Assembly (NCBI GenBank): GCA_964016885.1
Contig: OZ024741.1
Coordinates: 113,832,001-113,896,000, forward strand
From: Eledone cirrhosa
Lineage: Eukaryota
Direction of reading: 5' to 3'
DNA length: 64,000 nucleotides
The notes beneath the pieces were generated by a model that saw only the letters and a program-made list of their open reading frames with translations, was not told the DNA's origin and searched no databases. A program made the position numbers and the translations under genes. Below are positions 1 through 12,404 of this stretch, in pieces; the stretch's first letter is position 1; each line of letters starts with the position of its first letter.

Positions 1-240
1 GCAATTCTTAGGGAGATTAAAAATGACACAGTAGGTAACAAGGCTGTCACTTTGAATTATAGGTACAATCTCTCTGACAGTTAGTAATATTTTGGTAATC
101 ACTGAAGACAAGTACTGGTATAAAAAGAATGTTATTCTTCTTCTGATCTTGTTTTACATCAGTTTTTTTCCATAAATGTAATTGGTAGTAGCACTAAGAC
201 AGCGTTTAAGCATAATAGAGGTGTTTTTGAAGACATATAT

Positions 241-536
241 AAACATATATTATACGTATATATACAAAAATATATGGGTAGCCTTGCTGTCAAAGAAAAA
301 TATTTTTTCGTAACAAAAAAATTTAATTTTTCTGTGTTTTTCCATGCTGTCAAAGAAAAATATTTTTTCATAACGAAAATGTTTTCTCTATTTTCCTCTG
401 TGAATATATCACTCTATGATATATTTACAGAGGAAAATAGAGAAAATTAAAATTTTTTTCATTACAAAAAAAATATTTTTCTTTGACAGCGAGGTTACCC
501 ATATGTATTTTGTATATAAACGTATAATATATGTTT
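241..536. repeat. Imperfect fold-back palindrome (~300 bp), centre near 413
   Basis: 241-308 (aaacatatattatacg...gctgtcaaagaaaaatatttttt) is the reverse complement of ~467-536; inner hairpin ttttctctattttcctctgtgaatatatca/tgatatatttacagaggaaaatagagaaaa at 382-446. Confidence 0.9.
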
Positions 537-542
537 TCATAT

Positions 543-1715
543 CAGACTCAGACTCAGAAGCTCCCGCGTCTTGTGACGCATGAGGCAATCATAGTGTTCC
601 ACCGCGTTCGGTCAGCAGCCAGTTGCACAGCATCCCGCCATTGTCTGTTTGTCGCTCGCAGGTCCCTCTCAACTGTCTGGCGCCAGTTCATTTTGGGTCG
701 CCCTCTCCGTCTGCTTCCCTGTGGGTTCCATTTAAGTACTTGGTTTGCCAGTTTCTCCGGGCGAAGTCTCAAAGCGTGCCCAAACCAGCCCAGGCGTCGC
801 TTGCAGATGGCAGAAGAGACTAGCTGCTGGTTGGTGTGGTTCCTGACTTCCTGGTTTGTTACATGGTCACTCCATTTAATCCCCAGGATCTTTCGCAGAC
901 ACCTGGAATCGAATGCGTCCAACTTCTTCTCTTGGCTGGTCTTAAGGTGCCATGTTTCACTTCCGTACAAGAGTGTGGACAGCACGTTGCTGTTGTAGAA
1001 TCTCATCTTTGTTTTGAGAGTGAACTTCCTGCTCTTCCAGATCTTGACAAGCTGGTTAAATGCTGCTGAAGCCTTTCCCATTCTACATTGCAATTCACTG
1101 TCCATGGCGCCCCCATTGTCAATGGAGCTTCCTAGGTAGGTGAAGTTGTCCACTATCTCCACCTCCCCCTGTTCAATGAAAGCACTAGTTGGTGATGGGT
1201 GTGTCCCAGATAACATGCTTTTGGTCTTCTTAGCACTGATATTGAGACCTAAGCTTCCTGCTTCGACATTGATATTGTTCATAATGATTTGCAGGTCAGC
1301 TGTGCTCTCTGCAAGTGCAACAATATCGTCCGCAAAGTCCAGGTCAGACAACTTTTGCTCTCCCACCCAAGATATACCCTGGTCTTTAGACGCTCTTCTT
1401 AGTACCCAGTCAATGGCTATGGCAAAGAGAATTGGAGAGAGCGAGCAACCCTGACGCACACCAGTAACCACCTCAAACCAGTCACTGTAACCATCCTCTG
1501 TCCGTATGCAGCACTTGGAGTTTGCGTAAATCTGTTTGATTGCCGAAATGACTTTCTGGGGCAAACGATACTCATGCATGATGTTCCAGAGTGACGGCCG
1601 GTGAATGCTATTGAATGCTTTGGAGAAATCGATGAAGCTGACGGCAAGGGGCCTCTGGAATTCGTTGTACCTCTCAATGATGCGGCGCAACGTAAAGATC
1701 TGCTCTGCTGTTTTC
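543..1715 (-). mobile_element. 5'-truncated RTE-clade LINE (RT and C-terminal region)
   Basis: ORF 554-1762 has FIDFSKAF, GVRQGCSLSP, LDFADD, LLYGSETW and RLGWFGH...RRRGRPK; short (TGAGTC)n tail at 543-557; homology starts near 1715. Confidence 0.93.
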
Positions 1716-2520
1716 ATATACACCCCTATTATAAATGTAATTGTTGTGCTGTTACTCTGCACACGATTTCAGCATTCATGTTTCAACATACATTTACTGT
1801 CTCCTCTAAGAAGATATGCTCCTTCAATTACTCAATATTTTAAATATTTATTTTAATATAGTGAATGTACTAGTTGTGATGTCTAAGCTAAGATTTGAAA
1901 TCAATTCATCCCACTGAGAAATTACACCTCTATATTACAATCACTATGAAGTAGACAATTAATAAATTAAAACCAAAAATAATATTCATATTTTAATAAC
2001 TGTAGAGTATTTTTGTCTGTCCATCACAGGAATGCTACACTGTCAAAAACGTTTTAAATGCTTTCATACTTACCAGAAATTAGGAGATGAAATTATTTTT
2101 AAAATGCCTTAGACGTTGTGATGGGATGTAAAAGGAGATTCTGAGGAAATATGGGACTATTTCTAGCTTGCTTCTAAGTAGTGGGAAGATAGAAAATTGT
2201 TATGATGGAATATAGGTGGCAAGCATTCGGGGTGGGAGACATTTGATAATATTTAAATTTATATAATATTTAATTTATTGTATTTGTGTTCACTTTGGTT
2301 TGTTTTGGATGTTAGGTCTTAAGAACAGTATTTGTTTGAGTTAGTGGGTTCAAGTCACTGTGCTTGCATTTATATCAGGGATATTAACAGTTTATATAAA
2401 AAAGTAAATGGAAACAACAAAGCAAACAACACAGTACAATGAAGAAATATATCAGTTTAACACTTGATATAGTTAGAAAAATGTCTTAATGTTTAGGACA
2501 CCAGTAATTCATTGGAAGAT

Positions 2521-2563
2521 ACAGTCCTGATGAAGGGTAATGACCCAGAGACATGTTGATTGT
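2521..2563 (+). ncRNA. Degenerate type-I hammerhead ribozyme motif
   Basis: acagtc-CTGATGA-agggtaatgaccc-a-GAGA(for GAAA)-catg-TT-gattgt; stems I and II pair, palindromic helix III (ACATGT), one core mutation. Confidence 0.55.
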
Positions 2564-2799
2564 TCCTCGATGCTACTGTTGAACAAATGGATGACGATTG
2601 GTCATCAAGGCACATCATAGCTTAGTCAGGCTGTTTGCTTGCAAATAAATCAAATATTATTATTATTCAATATATACCATAAGTATATGTATGTGTGTGT
2701 GTATATATATGTATATGTGTGTGTGTGTGTATGTATATGTATGTGTATGTATGCATACTTACACACACACACACACATATCTATATATATATATCTATA

Positions 2800-2833
<34 letters not shown>

Positions 2834-2936
2834 TCAGGCCTCATCATCCTGACTGTACCCTGAGCTGATAGATATTAAAACAATAGTAATATACCAATAA
2901 AGTTTGTACATACACTGCAACACTAACTTCAGTACT

Positions 2937-3007
<71 letters not shown>

Positions 3008-3097
3008 TAAAATAACAGATTAAAGTTTAAGCAAAGAATCGCTGCTTTCACCCTTAACAAGCCCTCTTTGGATTTTAGTCTTCAAATTTATTATTAT

Positions 3098-3147
<50 letters not shown>

Positions 3148-3302
3148 GTTAATTCCCATTTTAATATATATATATATTCATCAAGCATTGTTTGGTTAAA
3201 ATTTGGTGAAGGAATTTAATATTCCATTAATAGAATAAAGAGTTATGCACTAGTAAACATAATGTTGAAATTGATTATTATCTATGTGGTATATTATTGC
3301 AG

Positions 3303-3384
3303 GTATAAAGATTCAGAGAATGAGCTGCACAGTTTACTCTCTACTGTTATTGATGGAATAGTTACACAAGTTGAATTTGACCAG
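3303..3384 (+). CDS. Penultimate coding exon of an M1-family aminopeptidase (ERAP1-like C-terminal domain)
   Basis: ttgcAG|...GACCAG|GTaaga splice sites; encodes (R)YKDSENELHSLLSTVIDGIVTQVEFDQ, resembling the RYG...LI..VT..F.T..EL.Q segment of aminopeptidase N; phase-0 join to 4973. Confidence 0.75.
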
Positions 3385-4528
3385 GTAAGATGTCTCAACA
3401 TTCCTTTCCTGTCCTTTTTTTCTCTCACTGTTATATGTGAAGATACACAGCCTACAATTTGAGGTGTTAGGATCAGAATTGTAATGTTATGAATTTAATA
3501 CACAAACCAGGCAGTGTGTTTTAACCTTCATCAAGATACTTCATTTCACTCAGTCGAAAAATGAATATCAGTTGCATCTTATCCAATGTGGAATTTTGCA
3601 CTCTGCTGGTTTATTACATATAAAAATGGGATATGCTCCAGGACCTGATAAACTTCTAGGCTAAAAAAAGACTTTTGATTAAATATATTTACCACTTCCT
3701 TTAATATAGAAGTGAAGGGGCCTGGCCTAATGAATAAGATACTGACCATAGTTCAGAAGTTTTAATCTGAGCAAGAAGCACTATTTTCTACTGACCTCAA
3801 TTTACTTAACTTATCAGGAAGAGCTATCTATTAGATTCCTCTGAGTGAAATAACACTCAAATGATGCCATCACAGAGGAGCTGAATATTCCAACTGATTA
3901 GCTATTATTGTATGTAGGATATTTCTGTCATGAGATAATGCATAATGGAAAGGATAAGGGAGCCTTTGAAGTGCACATGCCTGAGAAGATACAGATGGAA
4001 ACCGACAGTGACAGTTCAGCAGAAAAATTGCACAAAACATAAAATGTTACCATGCTACCCTTTGAAGGAGGAGGAATAGTGAACAGAATTTCTGGAAATG
4101 TTATCTGGATAGGTGTGTATCTCAAATGGATTAAAAAAGAAACCTATATAAGGCAGGCCTCTAATATTTTTTAAAGGGCAATGAACATTTAAAAACTTTA
4201 ATATACAGAGATGATAAAGAGCAAGGCTACAGTATTTCGTTTTGTCCTTCACATTTCTGAGTTCAATACACCCCAAAACAAAGCATCGTCATCATCCTTT
4301 ATGTCCTTTTCCCATGCCAGCATGGGACTCCAAAATAAAAAATGTGCCCTGTTGTGGAAATCAGCTGCTCACTTGACAAAAGTGCACTAAAAAACTTTAA
4401 AATGCAAAAAGAAGATATCTATGGATTATTGAATTGGAGGTTGAAAATCCAGTACCAAAGATACACTTTCAACTTCATACATTATTATTGGAGCTATGGG
4501 ATATATACAAACCCATCTGCAGCAAAAT

Positions 4529-4615
4529 ATGTCTGAACTTGGGTTCTTGGAGAAAGAATGCAGGCTGCAATATGTCTGAACGTGGGTTCTTGGAGAAAGA
4601 ATGCAGGCTGCAATA
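4529..4615 (+). repeat. 43-bp tandem duplication (intronic)
   Basis: atgtctgaac(t/g)tgggttcttggagaaagaatgcaggctgcaat occurs twice in tandem. Confidence 0.85.
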
Positions 4616-4972
4616 TTTGGAATTATAAAAATCTTTGATTCATTGCTCAAAGGATGACAAAAATACAATTTACTTTAGAACCCTGTCATTAAACAGGTAG
4701 CTAATGAAATTAATCTTTGAATTAAGAAAAAGGCATCCATTAAATGATAATTAGAAATTAAGAAAAGGGCAGGCAGGCATACATGCATTACATGATAACT
4801 TGAAATTAAAGAAAAGCATACACACATTTATTTTGAAATTAAGAAAATGGCATACATAAAAACATAGCATACATTCATTGCAGAATATCTTGAAATTAAA
4901 TAAATTGTATACATACAAATATAACTTACATTCATTGTATGATTATAAAATGTTATTCTCTTTTACTTACAG

Positions 4973-5113
4973 GTAACAGAATTCCTTGTAAAGAAACACG
5001 TCCCTCTCACAGGGCAGACAATAAATAAAGGACTGGACTGGATTCGCTTAAACATACTCTGGATGAAAACACATTTTGAATCTGTATCAGAATGGTTTCT
5101 GAAACATAAATAG
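4973..5113 (+). CDS. Last coding exon of an M1-family aminopeptidase
   Basis: Polypyrimidine tract and cttacAG|; encodes VTEFLVKKHVPLTGQTINKGLDWIRLNILWMKTHFESVSEWFLKHK*, matching the M1 C-terminal pattern 'L(E/D).I..NI.WM......I..WL'; AATAAA at 5230-5235. Confidence 0.8.
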   Translation, partial: VTEFLVKKHVPLTGQTINKGLDWIRLNILWMKTHFESVSEWFLKHK

Positions 5114-5486
5114 TGGGCTTCAGGCAGAAAGGAACAGCATATCACAGACCAGTTTCTTTTTGTTTTGTTTTGTCTTTTTTAATTGGTGTGCTTCTCTTCT
5201 TACTGCCAATGGAATTATGAGAAAACTTTAATAAATATGACTATACATAAGTTTAATATCTAACATTTAGGTTTCTAATCTGTTTTTATAGTACATGAAA
5301 GAGATATGTACGTGCCATTCTATTCATAAGTCAATATTTCTAAAATGAGTTAAGAGGTTTGGGTGCCATTAGCCACATCTTTTGTGTAGCTATCTTTTAT
5401 GTTTTAATCAATATATTCTCTGATCTTCTTGAGGTGCCATATGATTACATTAAAATAATGAAGGCTTTAATCTAATCATAGCTAAA

Positions 5487-5524
<38 letters not shown>

Positions 5525-6528
5525 CACTTCCACACACCCAAGCCAGCGACCTTTTATTGACAGCGTCCAGTCATGGAGATCGTTGGGTTCTGCCAGGTTT
5601 AAGTGCACAAGACATGGTGTAGTTCATGATAGCCCCATATGACTCCATTAGAAGTTTTGGACCCATGGATTGAATGGCAGAATGTGACAGCTCGTCTGAC
5701 TCATGCAAGCATGGAACACAGACATTAAATGATTATTATATCTATAAGGTATGGTAAAATTCTGACAGCAATGCCGAATGGTTTCAACTTTTATTTGGCA
5801 AGCCTTTCCACCCTTGAAAAGGCTTGCAGAATACAAGCTGAAACCACTAGGCATCACGGTCAGGTTTTTACCTTCTGCTTCTTCCCATGCATTGAGTACT
5901 ACCCTGATTTGCGGTCTCCCCACTCTCAGCACCGTAAATGTTATATATATGTGTGAGTGTGTGTATGTTTGTGTGCCTATGAATATGGTAATAGAATATA
6001 CTGATCGAAACAGAGCAAGATAGAAGGATGAATAGAGTGGGGTGTCTATCTCTTTCTAAATACCTACCTACATCTAGATATATCTCTTTTTATAATCATT
6101 CTTTGGTTACCTATCTGACTAAAACTATATCTTCCTACTTATAATAATATTAATACATATTTTATTTCCATTTATTCATTTTTATTTTTGTTCTATTTTG
6201 CTATGATTCATCTATTTATTTACATGTCTTTATATAAAAACAAGGGAATTGGCAGCAAGATTGAAGAGAAGATTATGTTTCTAAAAGAATGTTAATAAAA
6301 AATATATTTACCTCTGAAGAGGTAAAAAGAACAATCAAAGGTGTATAATAGGCTTGTCATTGTGCATATTAAAAATGCTCTGGTGTATTTCAATTTATTT
6401 ATTTATTATTATTAGTCTTATTTTTATTGCATGTTGTCACTGCATTACTGAGCACAGCTTTGTGTGCCTTGGGTATGTGCAGTGTGGTTTTTGGTGTTTA
6501 TTGTTATTATTATTATTATTATTATTGG

Positions 6529-6715
6529 AGGGCAGTGGATTAGCAGAATCACATTCTGAGTTTAAATCCCATCGAGGTCAACTTTGCCTTTCATCCTTCC
6601 TGTGTCGATAAAATAAAGTAAAAGTAACATACTGGAGTCGATGTAATCGACTTGCCCCTCCCTAAAAACTGCTGGCCTTGTGCCTAAGTTAGAAATTATT
6701 ATTATTATTATTATT
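6529..6715 (+). mobile_element. SINE family B (tRNA-like head, (ATT)n tail)
   Basis: ttctgagtttaaatcc...gaggtcaactttgcctttcatcc...gtcgataaaataaagta...gctggccttgtgcc...(att)n; same family at 40761, 41129, 42701, 52218, 52474 and 55661. Confidence 0.8.
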
Positions 6716-7313
6716 TCTTTGGTTCAAGCTTCCTTCCTCTGGGCAATATTATCTTTTCATTTTGGTATGGTAGTAATTTAATAAAGAGTCACCACAATTA
6801 TTATAATATTAACTGTATTATAGGAATGTTGGCCATGCATGTGCATGTGTGTGTACATATATAACTGTGTGTCATACATATTTGGGTTACTGTTTCATTG
6901 TTAATTATTTTATTTTAAATATATGACATTACATTTTTGTTGTTTTTATAGTTTTTTCTTTTGTTTGAAACAATATTTTTCATACTTATTTTCTGAAACT
7001 GCCTCTTTAATAAACTGATATATTCAACAGGAAAAAATATTCCTCTTAGTAAAAAATACATAAATATAAATTATTATAACTACTATTATTATTGCATCTA
7101 CAAACTCAGAGAAAAAAAAGAATTACCTCATATCACATCGGAACTTTTTATAAAGACATTTTTCCTCTCTATTTAGCAGAGATTTATCATATACATATAT
7201 ATTTTTTACCTTCTCTGCTAAAGTTTGAACCAAATAAAAGAAAAAGCAAAAAAAAGAAACATTTATACACACACTTACAGACTATATATATATATATAAA
7301 TATATATATACAC

Positions 7314-7349
<36 letters not shown>

Positions 7350-7635
7350 ATATATATCCCTAAAAAAAGAGACCCATATGTTGTCTACATAATGCTTTAC
7401 AGTTAACTGTAGCACTTAAAACTACTGAAAGACATACATAATATAAAGTGGTGAGTTTAAACATTGCAAAGGACTGTGGTAAGCAAGGCAAGGCAATGTT
7501 AAAATTATTATTTTACATTATTTCAAAATTAAATTGTGGTAATTTCTTCATTTTGGAAAATATGAAATCATGGCACAATTTCTACACCTCATATAGTTTT
7601 AGTCTGATTAAAATTTTGTTGTTTGACTATAGTTA

Positions 7636-7855
7636 GATGTTGTTGTTACAGCTCACACCTATATAGGTTGAATTGGTCTCTTTTGAGGTTGCATCCCATA
7701 AGAAGTTTCTCGGCTGTTTTAATGCTACAGATCCCAGTCCTATCATGTTGTTGTTGTTACAGTTCACACCTATGTAGGTTTAGCTGTTCTCCTAACTGGT
7801 AGCATCTCATAGAGGTTTTCTCAGGTTAATGCTAAAGGCCCCAGTCCTATCATGA
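7636..7855 (+). repeat. ~110-bp diverged tandem duplication
   Basis: tgttgttgttacag(c/t)tcacacctat...cccagtcctatcatg appears twice. Confidence 0.75.
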
Positions 7856-9041
7856 AAAAATAGATCGAATGCCAGTCTGTTGCAGGAGTTTGACAGGAGC
7901 AACATGAACTGAAGTGTTTTGTCATCTAGAGTTGGAATTGAACTTGCGATCTTATGAATGTGAGTCCACCACTAACCACTAAACTTTCTAAATTTAGATC
8001 AATGGATATTGACAAAAAATAGTAAAATGGCTGAATAAAGAAAATACTAAATCCCCAAGTTTTCAGTAGGTTAGTTGTTGTCTCTGAGCAAAGCAGCATA
8101 ATACTAGATCTCTAGGATTCAAAAAGGAAATGTTGCAGTTTAGTCAGAGGAAGAAAAGCAGCACTCATTACACTTTTCAGGGACTCCAAGATTGGTGATG
8201 GGAGGGGAAGAAGTTATCCTCACTCTAAATACTTGGTTTAAAGGCTTACAACAGATTGGACCTCAAGAAAATTATCTATGGTCCATGTGTTAAACTGCGC
8301 AATGGGTTAAGTGTAATGCCCCACCAATTAATAAGAATCATACCTTTAAAAACAAATGCAGTTTCTGGCTACTTATTTCTCACCCACGGCTATGATTGAA
8401 AACACTTGTGCAAATAAACCATGCAAAATCACCCAGTAAAACAAGAATGGGCACCTTAAGAATTAGAAACAGTTTTATCTACCAATATTCATTCTAAAGG
8501 TAGAAGATTGTTGGCCAGGGAGGGGGGCAATAGGATTGAACCCCAAACCACAGTGGTGAAGGAAACATCTTAACCATATTGCTATTCGTATCTGATGATA
8601 AACTATCTTCAGATCTTCAACATTAGACACTTTATGTCATGGATTGAGAGTCAAGCACTGGTCTCATGCCTTCTGCTCATAAACAATGTATGTATGTATG
8701 TATATATAAACATACATATATGCGTGTGTGCGTGTCATCATCATCATCATCATCACCGTTTTACGTCCGTTCTTCCACGCTAGCATGGGTTAGACGGGTT
8801 GTCCTGTTGTGGGCAGTGTCTGGTCGGCTGACCATGCCTTGCTCATACAGGAACTGATCTGGCTTGATTTCTACAGCTGGATGCCCTTCCTAACACCAAC
8901 CTCATTTACAGTGAGTGCTGGGTGCTTTTTCGTGGCGCCTACACGTCCACTTTACAGTGTGGGCTGGGTGCTTTTTTGCCGTGGCACCTCCACGACCACC
9001 TTGCGGTGGGGGGGGGGGGGGGGGCATATTGTTTATATGCT

Positions 9042-12000
9042 TCAGCATGTACCCATGGGAGGTCGGGTACCCTGTATTACTGCGTGACGCCAGAAGTCAC
9101 GGTCGTGTGTCATTGACTTTGAGAGGTGTAGTTGGGTAAGGTCGGCTTTTATCACCTCATCCCAAGTCATCTTGGGTCTCCCCACTCCGCGGTTTCCATC
9201 AACTTCTAGTGCTCTGCACCTTTTTATGCAGCTGTCATCCTTCATACGCATCACATGTCCATACCAGCGTAACCGCCTCTCCTGCACGCAGCATTTGATT
9301 CCTCTTATGCTCAGTCTCTCTCTCAATTCATTTATGCTTTGTCGTTCACGTATATTACTGTTACACATCCATCGGAGCATGCAGGCTTCGTTTCTCTCTA
9401 ATCTACGTAAGTCTTCCACCTTCAGCGCCCAGGTCTCACTACCATGCAACATCGCTGTTCGGATACACGCATCATACAGTCTGCCTTTCATTCTGAGGGA
9501 GAAGCCTTTTGCAGCTAGCAGTGGTAGTAGTTCCCTAAACTTCTTCCATCCCGTTCTTACCCTAGTTATTGTACTTTCTGAGCACCCACCTCCGTTGCTA
9601 ATTCGGTCACCTAGGTAGCAGAAGCTGTCTACTGTTTCTACAGGGCCCTCCCAGAGATTGGTGGTACTTGTTTCCTGTGGCTGTTTGCTTGCTGTTTCAG
9701 CACAGCTGCTGCATGTGAATCCTACATTCTTAATTAAGCTTCCTGAGATCCCGCTACATCTCTTGTGTACCCATTGTTTGCATTTGGGGCAAAGAATGGA
9801 GTTCCTACCTACACCTTTCCTACATACTGAGCAAGGCCATTTCCCTGAGGGGATCTGGGTTCTGTTTTCTCGTCTACTTATAAGGACCTTAGTCTTTGTC
9901 ATGTTGACTTTGAGGCCCTTTCTCTCTAGTCCCTGCTTCCAGGTTTGGAATTTATTCTCTAGTTCTACCATAGATTCAGCTATGAGTGCGAGGTCATCAG
10001 CATACAGGAGTTCCCATGGGCATCCGGTCTTAAACTCCTCCGTTATTGCCTGCAGGACTATGATGAACAGGAGAGGGCTAAGAACAGAGCCCTGGTGGAC
10101 CCCAACCTGTACGCTAAATTCCTCGCTATACTCATTGCCAATCCTAACTTTGCTGACTGCTCCCCTATACATGGCTTGTACCGCTTTCACAAGCCATTCA
10201 TCTACTCCTAGTTTTCTAAGAGCCCACCAGATTACTGCACGTGGAACTCTGTCAAAGGCTTTCTCAAGGTCGACAAATGCCAAGTAGAGTGGCTTACTTT
10301 TAGCTAGGTACTTTTCCTGTAATTGCCTCACAAGGAAGAGCGCATCAGTGGTGCCTTTCCCTGGAACAAACCCAAATTGCATCTCGTCTATATTCACCCG
10401 GTCCCTAATCAGCTGTGCTATAACTCTTTCTGTTACTTTCATGACCTGGTCCATCAACTTTATACCTCTATAGTTTCCTCTATCTAGTGCATCGCCTTTA
10501 CCTTTGTAGCAGTTGACAATGATGCTACTGCACCAATCTTTTGGTATGGCCCCCTCTAGTATTACCTGGTTAACGATACGTGTGGTTATAGTGTGACCTA
10601 CAGACCCAGATGCCTTCAGCATCTCGGCAGCTATACCCGATGGACCGGTTGCCTTCCCTATCTTCATATCTCTGATTGCCTTACTTACTACGCTGCCGCT
10701 GACTTGTACTGCTGGTCCCTCTATAGGGTCTACGTGGGGTAGGGTCTCTTCTTCCCATGCATTCTCCTCATTTAGTAATCTATCATAATGACTCTTCCAT
10801 GCATCTTTCTTCTCAGCACTTGTGAGGGCAAGCTCACCTTTATCATTCCGGATACACTTCTCTCCAATGACATCACAACTATCTCTGACACACTGCCTCG
10901 CAATCTTGAATACCTCCTGTTTCTGGTCCTCACGTTGTAAAACATGCTTGAATTTTCTATCCTCTGCTTCCCTCCTAGCTAAGTATACTTGTCGCCTAGC
11001 TTCCCTCTTGGTCTCTATGTAATGTACCCTGCTCCCCCCGTTCTTCCATTCTTTCCATGCCTGTCTCTTGGCCTTGACTGCTTCATCTACCTTATTGTTC
11101 CACCACCAAGTCACTCTCCTCCTGCTTGAGGTCTTACTCCAGCCACAAACCTCATCCGTCGCCTCTAGTAAGTTATTTTTTAGGAACTCCCAGTTCTCTT
11201 CTACGTTAAATGTCTCTATCTGTTCTTCTTTACTGTCGTAGGCGTTGAGTAAAATATCTTTAAATCTGTTACTGGTCGAGGGGACTTTCAGCTTCCAGAT
11301 CTTTCTTCTCCAGGTTGGCCTCTGTTTCAGGGCTCGTCTAGTTCTGACCGTGAGGTCGCTGACAACTAAGCTATGTTGGGATGTACATTCCTCACTAGGG
11401 AAGGCTTTTGTGTTTACGACCGTCCATCTGTCACGTCCTCTGATGAGGATAAAATCTAACTGACTAGAGTGCTCCCCTGATCTATAGGTGATCAGGTGGT
11501 TGTCGGGTTTTTTAAAGTTTGTGTTACATATCGACATGTCATTGGCGTCGCAGAATTCTAGAAGTCTGAATCCTTCCTCATTCCTTGTGCCAACTCCATG
11601 GCCTCCATGTACTCTATTGAAGCCGTCGCAGTGTTTACCTACGTGTCCGTTAAAATCTCCTGCAATGATTAGGAAGTCCTTGTCGTCTGTTAGAGCAGTA
11701 GTGTGTATTAGGGACTCGTAAAACCTATCCTTAAGTTCGTCTGGCAGCCCCGATTGGGGTGCGTAAGCTGATATTATTGTGGTAATTGTCTTATTCAGGA
11801 CTAGTCTGAGTTTAATGATTCTTGCATTTACCCTGTACACTGAGATTACTTTATCTACCCACTTGTCAGCTAATAGTATACCTACACCACCCATCCCATC
11901 GTCATTTCCCACCCAGAAAAATTTGTAGCACTGGCTTTTTCCTACAAGGACTCTAGCAGACCCTCCTCTCCATCTAGTCTCTTGCACACAGCATACATCA

Positions 12001-12161
12001 ACTTCCTTTCGCTCTAGCATTTCTACGATTTCTCCTGCTCTTCCTTTCATTGAGCCTACATTGATGGTACCAACTCGGAGTTTTGGGCATTTGTCGACAC
12101 TCGTAGGGGAGGGTCTCTGGGTTGGCGCTTCACGTGGGTGCTTGGTAGCTCGCAGATTCAT
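9042..12161 (-). CDS. LINE ORF: APE endonuclease + reverse transcriptase with internal PHD-like zinc finger (1039 aa, uninterrupted)
   Basis: APE motifs TINVG, VQETRW, AYAPQ, GDFNGH, QLDFIL, SQH; RT motifs FVDLEKAFDRV, GVHQGSVLSP, LLYADD; CxxC...CxxC...HxxC...CxxC insert; RLRWYGH...GRPK. Confidence 0.96.
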   Translation of the reverse strand: MNLRATKHPREAPTQRPSPTSVDKCPKLRVGTINVGSMKGRAGEIVEMLERKEVDVCCVQETRWRGGSARVLVGKSQCYKFFWVGNDDGMGGVGILLADKWVDKVISVYRVNARIIKLRLVLNKTITTIISAYAPQSGLPDELKDRFYESLIHTTALTDDKDFLIIAGDFNGHVGKHCDGFNRVHGGHGVGTRNEEGFRLLEFCDANDMSICNTNFKKPDNHLITYRSGEHSSQLDFILIRGRDRWTVVNTKAFPSEECTSQHSLVVSDLTVRTRRALKQRPTWRRKIWKLKVPSTSNRFKDILLNAYDSKEEQIETFNVEENWEFLKNNLLEATDEVCGWSKTSSRRRVTWWWNNKVDEAVKAKRQAWKEWKNGGSRVHYIETKREARRQVYLARREAEDRKFKHVLQREDQKQEVFKIARQCVRDSCDVIGEKCIRNDKGELALTSAEKKDAWKSHYDRLLNEENAWEEETLPHVDPIEGPAVQVSGSVVSKAIRDMKIGKATGPSGIAAEMLKASGSVGHTITTRIVNQVILEGAIPKDWCSSIIVNCYKGKGDALDRGNYRGIKLMDQVMKVTERVIAQLIRDRVNIDEMQFGFVPGKGTTDALFLVRQLQEKYLAKSKPLYLAFVDLEKAFDRVPRAVIWWALRKLGVDEWLVKAVQAMYRGAVSKVRIGNEYSEEFSVQVGVHQGSVLSPLLFIIVLQAITEEFKTGCPWELLYADDLALIAESMVELENKFQTWKQGLERKGLKVNMTKTKVLISRRENRTQIPSGKWPCSVCRKGVGRNSILCPKCKQWVHKRCSGISGSLIKNVGFTCSSCAETASKQPQETSTTNLWEGPVETVDSFCYLGDRISNGGGCSESTITRVRTGWKKFRELLPLLAAKGFSLRMKGRLYDACIRTAMLHGSETWALKVEDLRRLERNEACMLRWMCNSNIRERQSINELRERLSIRGIKCCVQERRLRWYGHVMRMKDDSCIKRCRALEVDGNRGVGRPKMTWDEVIKADLTQLHLSKSMTHDRDFWRHAVIQGTRPPMGTC

Positions 12162-12404
12162 ATTTCATCTATTGATTCAGAGTTGCTCGTGTATTCCCAG
12201 CTCATCCATCCATAACGGTGGGAAAATTGAGGGCTAGAAGGACAGTGGTGGTGGGGTAATGGCAGGGTGTGTTGGGATGCGCCAGAGGAGGAGAGAGTTA
12301 GTTAGGCAGGTAGTAGCAGCAGCAGCAGTGCAAATGGCATGCTAGGTTTGATTGGTCGAATAGACTATGGTGGTGTGTGGGGGTGGGGGGAGGGAAATTG
12401 TGAG

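Noticed and set aside
2141-2170. CTGAGGA-stem motif, plus CTGAAGA at ~102 and ~6314 and CTGACGA at ~20742
   Set aside because: Each lacks a correctly placed GAAA, UH and stem I.
9172-11721. Long antisense ORFs over LINEs (also 33569-34513, 38730-39275, 59424-59972)
   Set aside because: Shadows of the RT-coding strand with no independent motifs.
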